IMG/VR virus record: IMGVR_UViG_3300029319_000003
Location: 64,001-128,000 of that record
Length of the DNA stretch: 64,000 nt
Strand: one strand, 5' to 3'
Source: a virus
Part shown: in pieces, positions 59,996 to 64,000 of the stretch
How the letters are laid out: each line of letters starts with the position of its first letter
Numbering within the stretch: the stretch's first letter is position 1
Notes under the pieces: model-generated
Told to the model about the DNA's origin: nothing
Databases searched by the model: none
The model's input: the letters and a program-made list of their open reading frames with translations, nothing else
Position numbers and translations under genes: made by a program

Positions 59996-62900
59996 TTAAC
60001 ACTCCGGTAAGCAGCCGCCGTCGTCACTCATTCCCTTTTCTTCAGCCTTGTTGGGCAATTCGAATCCAAGATCCATACCGCCGCCGGCGCTTGCGCTAAG
60101 ATCGAGGTTACCTAATCCTAACGCCAAATAGATCAAACCAAGTGGCGTAATTGGTGGACCGGGCATCCCCAAGAATATATTCATAGGTAGCATGCCGAAT
60201 GAAATAATTGGCACAGGAATTGCAACACCAAGCAAACATCCGAGAGAAAATAGTTTTACTGCAATAGAAATATTCGGATCCATAAACTCGACAACAAACT
60301 TAAACACAAGTAGCGGTGTCATCAACATCATCTTGAAGACGAAACCAAGCCCTAAGCCCTTCAAGCAAAGTCCAAACCCAAAGTTCAAACCAAAACACTT
60401 TGCCAACTTACTTGCAAGTTTGCCCGAGGCATTACTGAGCCCTCCAGAGCCTCCGACGCAAAGCATATTATCATCTTCATATGTGTAATCTCCACCATTC
60501 AAAAGAATCCAGAAAAGCCTATGAAGTTCATCACGGGTGTTTTCGAAACTCAACGGAACGCCATCATAATTAGACACGGCGGTGATAGTATAAAGCGTCA
60601 ACATTGACATGTATCGGTTAAGAGGGAAAGTGTATCCAAACATCACGTCAAACCACTCGTCTTCTTGAATTTGCTGATGCAAATCATAAGTTGGATGGCT
60701 TGTTTCAAAGTAACTTCCATCACTAACATCGCCAAGGAGCATAGACAAATCAAGATCTTGCTCAACAGAAACCAGTGGAACTGGGGTGATCAAGCGAACA
60801 ATTTCAGTATCTTCTAAAGTATTTGTACCCAGCGCGGATGTGTCAAGGGTCGCTTTTTGTGCGGGGAAAGTTTCATACACCGCGAACGCTGCGTTTTCTC
60901 TGGCTGCGGAATGATGCTCTTCGCTGAAAGTCTCGACCAAGGCTCCAAAATTATATGTGGCATTTTGTGCCCCGAGAGTGTTTGAAATGACAGGGAAACT
61001 CTGCGAAGACAACACAGATGAATAATCAGACGAAGGCACCAGTGTCCCACTCGGATCTGTTTCCAGTGACGAACTCACATAAGGCACCTCAACCATTTGT
61101 TGGTCGCTCATAGGAGGAATATATGTAAGACGATAACCATATTTTATTTCTGAATACAGTTCGTTTAGCCTTGCTTCCTCGCGTGGATTTTCTGCACGCT
61201 CCTCTTCAGTCCTCAAGTCGGTTTCAATAATTTGAGCCATAAACTGTGAAAAGTTTTCAGGGTTTACAACGCCGGTTGTATTTGCAAATTCTGTTGTGCT
61301 TCCCACCTCTTCGCCGTATCGTCTGGCAGTGTCCAACCACTCCTGCTTCAGACCACCCTTTTCCACAACCCTGACATATCTTTCAAGAATAAAGTTGCCG
61401 TTTGTAAGATCAAACGAAACGCCGTCTTTTGATGTGATTAGAGACTCGTTATCTAAAATGGCATCGCCTGTCTCATATTCGTCACTCGCAGAGCGCGTGC
61501 CATCGTCGTCAACATTTACACCGAGAACTTCATAATTATCAGCGGTTACCACATCATCATTCAACTCCGAGAATCGAACATCATATTGACTAGATGGAGT
61601 GTTAAATACCGGCACATAAGTACTGAGCCATTTATTCTTAACACTTGTTACATTACCAGTCGTGCCAAGCAGATCTTGAAGATCCTTTGCAACATCAGTG
61701 ACCTGCTCTTTGATCAAGTAAGGCATGGACCAGCCGGTGGGATGAGAAAATTCATTAAATTCTCCCGAAGTTATTTTGATTTGCCGCTCTGCCTCTTCTT
61801 CTTCAAAGTAACCTTCAGCGACCATGTTATGGTAAGTCAGATCAGCCTGCTCCATAAATCGAAGATAATAATTCTGGCTATACGCACGAATGTCGGTTTC
61901 CATCAACTTGGCAAACATATCTAATGATGCGGCGTCAAGAACGGCTTCCACATCAAACGTGGAAAATGCAAACACCCCTCTCAAGAAATAGTCAATAAGA
62001 TTTGCTCTAATCGTTGTTCGAATGCACGCATCCATTGCAGCCCTTTCGATAGAACTCATCTTGTCGCTGCCCTTTCCATCCGTTGCTGGGGGGTCGTCAT
62101 CACAAAGACCAGCCAACGCATCATCCATAACTTTTTTCTTTAAGCAGTCAAGATTGAGCAAATGTGGATCGACACCACAAGCACGCTGGGCATCAGTTGG
62201 ATCTGGGTTCAACTCGACCAATTCAACCTTCGGAGTCCATGACCAAATTTTATTATCTCCGCTGCCAACAGTTGATTCAATAACATCAAAGAAGGCTGAC
62301 GCTGCGACTTCCCTACTGACATGTGAGAAAAGATCTTTTGAAATTTGGGAAAAGAGCGTTGTCTTGAAGTACGATGACATAGAGTCATACTTTTCAATCA
62401 TTGCGGGATTGGAACCAACTGTGCTGGTCCACATGTGCTTAACATACTCTCCGAATACTTCTTGCTGCGGTGAATAAATAACTGTCGAAAAATCACTACG
62501 AACTTTGTCCTGAATTACTTTTTTCCTATCGTAATCCATCTCTACCGAATTCTCTATATGAAGAATTGGCATCCCGTTCATCTTGACGGAAATTATATAT
62601 TCATCATCCAAATAGGTAGATGGATCGGGCGGTGTCACTGCTTCTGCGACTTCCGCAGCCGAAGCATCGCTTTCCAAAAGGGGCTCTCTGACACCTTCAA
62701 TCGTACCTACGATGACTTCGGACTCATCCTCTTCTGTGACTATGGGCTTTGCAACCGGCATATGATATTCAATAGACCAGTTGGGAAGTGCATTTTGAAA
62801 TTGGGAAAAGATTGAAGTGTCAATGTCCAGATCGCCAAAATCAATATCATCTAATTCTTGCAGCCCCTGCATGGCGTTAACAGCATTCGGATCCGGTGGC

Positions 62901-64000
62901 AAGATCATTTCATAATAATAACTTCCAGAAGTGTCGTACTTCATCGTGAAAGCGTCATTGCCTTCCAAGCCCTCAAGACTATCCTTCACATGTGGAGCAC
63001 ACCGCTTCTTTTGAGTGTCAACATCTGTGTATTTGTTAATGTAGTCATCATGGTCCAAGTCAAACGGATCAGCCTTCTTTTTCAAAAAAGCAACTTCAGG
63101 AATTCCCTGCGCCATCATTCTTTTAACTTCAGGATGAGGAACCCAATGGTTGGTCATGTCTCCGTCTTCGTCTTTCAACTTTCTTTCGACAAGAGTAGGT
63201 ACCTGTTGCTTTACAGTGGTATTCTCAATCATAGGAGATGCCCACTCTTGAGCGTCTAAATTAAATGCCATGTATGTTGGCTCAAACATAGTATCGATAG
63301 TCTTACGCATCATGTAAGTCACCGACTCAGGCAACTCATCCACCAAGCCGGGAGTAATCGTTCCGTCTGGGTTCTTTACACAAAACACTGGGGGTGCTGT
63401 AAACTCTCCGTCTTCCAACTCTTCTAGAAGGTTTTGAATTTGCTCTGCTTGTTTTTTCTTTCTATCCTTAACCTTGTCAAGCATTTCTTCGATCTGATCA
63501 TCGGTAATGTCATCGCCCTTGTCACGCAACAAGTCTTCCCGCAGTCTTCGCAGCGAACCGTCAATGTCACAAAGGGGTCGATCCGAAGGTAGGTAAAGTT
63601 TTGGCGCACCAATAGAGCCTTCAGCCAACTTGTCGCACAGACTACTGTCTGCCAAGCCGCCAATCGCCCTAAACGCCGCTACAATCTTTGTAGTGGAATT
63701 AAGTTTTGAGAACTCTTGTCTGTAATTTACAATTAAAGATTTTACAAGTTCAACAACATACGGAGGCGGGTTGCCATTCAAAAGCGCACAAAGTTCGCCG
63801 GGTGTCAACAAGGCAGAAACGTCATCTAAGAAGCCACCAATTTGAGCGGCTGGAGTCTCCTCTGTCTGACCGCCGGCTTCATCTTGTGCTGCCTGATCAT
63901 CCACTTCGTCAGGCGTCAAGCCCATTGCATCAAGAAGGTCTGCCACGTCATCTGCATTCGCGCCATTGTCTGCCAGCAGATCTCCAATGTTTTCACCACC
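59996..64000 (-). CDS. Large acidic protein with a hydrophobic C-terminus (5'-truncated by the window edge)
   Basis: The frame stays open past 63946 to the window end (GGENIGDLLADNGANADDVADLL). Contains scattered Cys pairs and an about 100 aa Gly/Leu/Pro/Met-rich hydrophobic C-terminal segment. Confidence 0.75.
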   Translation of the reverse strand, partial: GGENIGDLLADNGANADDVADLLDAMGLTPDEVDDQAAQDEAGGQTEETPAAQIGGFLDDVSALLTPGELCALLNGNPPPYVVELVKSLIVNYRQEFSKLNSTTKIVAAFRAIGGLADSSLCDKLAEGSIGAPKLYLPSDRPLCDIDGSLRRLREDLLRDKGDDITDDQIEEMLDKVKDRKKKQAEQIQNLLEELEDGEFTAPPVFCVKNPDGTITPGLVDELPESVTYMMRKTIDTMFEPTYMAFNLDAQEWASPMIENTTVKQQVPTLVERKLKDEDGDMTNHWVPHPEVKRMMAQGIPEVAFLKKKADPFDLDHDDYINKYTDVDTQKKRCAPHVKDSLEGLEGNDAFTMKYDTSGSYYYEMILPPDPNAVNAMQGLQELDDIDFGDLDIDTSIFSQFQNALPNWSIEYHMPVAKPIVTEEDESEVIVGTIEGVREPLLESDASAAEVAEAVTPPDPSTYLDDEYIISVKMNGMPILHIENSVEMDYDRKKVIQDKVRSDFSTVIYSPQQEVFGEYVKHMWTSTVGSNPAMIEKYDSMSSYFKTTLFSQISKDLFSHVSREVAASAFFDVIESTVGSGDNKIWSWTPKVELVELNPDPTDAQRACGVDPHLLNLDCLKKKVMDDALAGLCDDDPPATDGKGSDKMSSIERAAMDACIRTTIRANLIDYFLRGVFAFSTFDVEAVLDAASLDMFAKLMETDIRAYSQNYYLRFMEQADLTYHNMVAEGYFEEEEAERQIKITSGEFNEFSHPTGWSMPYLIKEQVTDVAKDLQDLLGTTGNVTSVKNKWLSTYVPVFNTPSSQYDVRFSELNDDVVTADNYEVLGVNVDDDGTRSASDEYETGDAILDNESLITSKDGVSFDLTNGNFILERYVRVVEKGGLKQEWLDTARRYGEEVGSTTEFANTTGVVNPENFSQFMAQIIETDLRTEEERAENPREEARLNELYSEIKYGYRLTYIPPMSDQQMVEVPYVSSSLETDPSGTLVPSSDYSSVLSSQSFPVISNTLGAQNATYNFGALVETFSEEHHSAARENAAFAVYETFPAQKATLDTSALGTNTLEDTEIVRLITPVPLVSVEQDLDLSMLLGDVSDGSYFETSHPTYDLHQQIQEDEWFDVMFGYTFPLNRYMSMLTLYTITAVSNYDGVPLSFENTRDELHRLFWILLNGGDYTYEDDNMLCVGGSGGLSNASGKLASKLAKCFGLNFGFGLCLKGLGLGFVFKMMLMTPLLVFKFVVEFMDPNISIAVKLFSLGCLLGVAIPVPIISFGMLPMNIFLGMPGPPITPLGLIYLALGLGNLDLSASAGGGMDLGFELPNKAEEKGMSDDGGCLPEC

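Noticed and set aside
987-63259. Many plus-strand ORFs of 60-170 aa in the ORF track
   Set aside because: All lie antisense to long, motif-bearing minus-strand genes, lack SDs and recognisable motifs, and are the shadows expected from codon bias.
1-64000. Stop-codon reassignment, introns/inteins, DGR, CRISPR, tRNAs or integrase
   Set aside because: Genes are full length under the standard code and end in TAA, TAG or TGA. The terminase, portal and capsid genes are uninterrupted. I saw no reverse transcriptase, spaced repeat array, cloverleaf or recombinase motifs by eye; tRNAscan and Infernal were not run.

Overview
This 64 kb window is the virion-morphogenesis region of a large T4-like (gp23/gp18/gp20/gp17-type) contractile-tailed dsDNA phage. 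It uses the standard genetic code, every credible gene lies on the minus strand, and most genes carry strong Shine-Dalgarno sites. In transcription order (right to left) it contains: a truncated >1316 aa protein; gp25- and gp6-like baseplate wedge genes; a DNRLRE-like protein; a 4831 aa baseplate protein; six further baseplate-region genes; RuvC-like resolvase, primase and a fused Mre11-Rad50 nuclease-ATPase; a holin/spanin-like trio; large terminase, portal and prohead protease; a phage ribosomal protein bS21; fibre and decoration-like genes; scaffold, major capsid, neck and tail-completion genes; sheath and tube; and a gp26-like chaperone overlapping a gp51-like ORF. The most notable observations are (i) a probable +1/-2 programmed frameshift on a U7 run joining the gp26-like and gp51-like ORFs in the lambda G/GT position, (ii) bS21 embedded among SD-rich late genes, (iii) a recurring ACTAWTTA putative late promoter that is the reverse complement of the T4 late-promoter core, (iv) a tail-collar-like domain apparently split over different polypeptides, (v) the Mre11-Rad50 fusion with a non-canonical C-X6-C hook, (vi) a small beta-module inserted into several structural proteins, and (vii) an uncalled 39 aa Cys-Cys peptide gene. 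All family assignments come from motif recognition by eye; no database searches were run. I saw no tRNA, rRNA, CRISPR array, intron or transposase.
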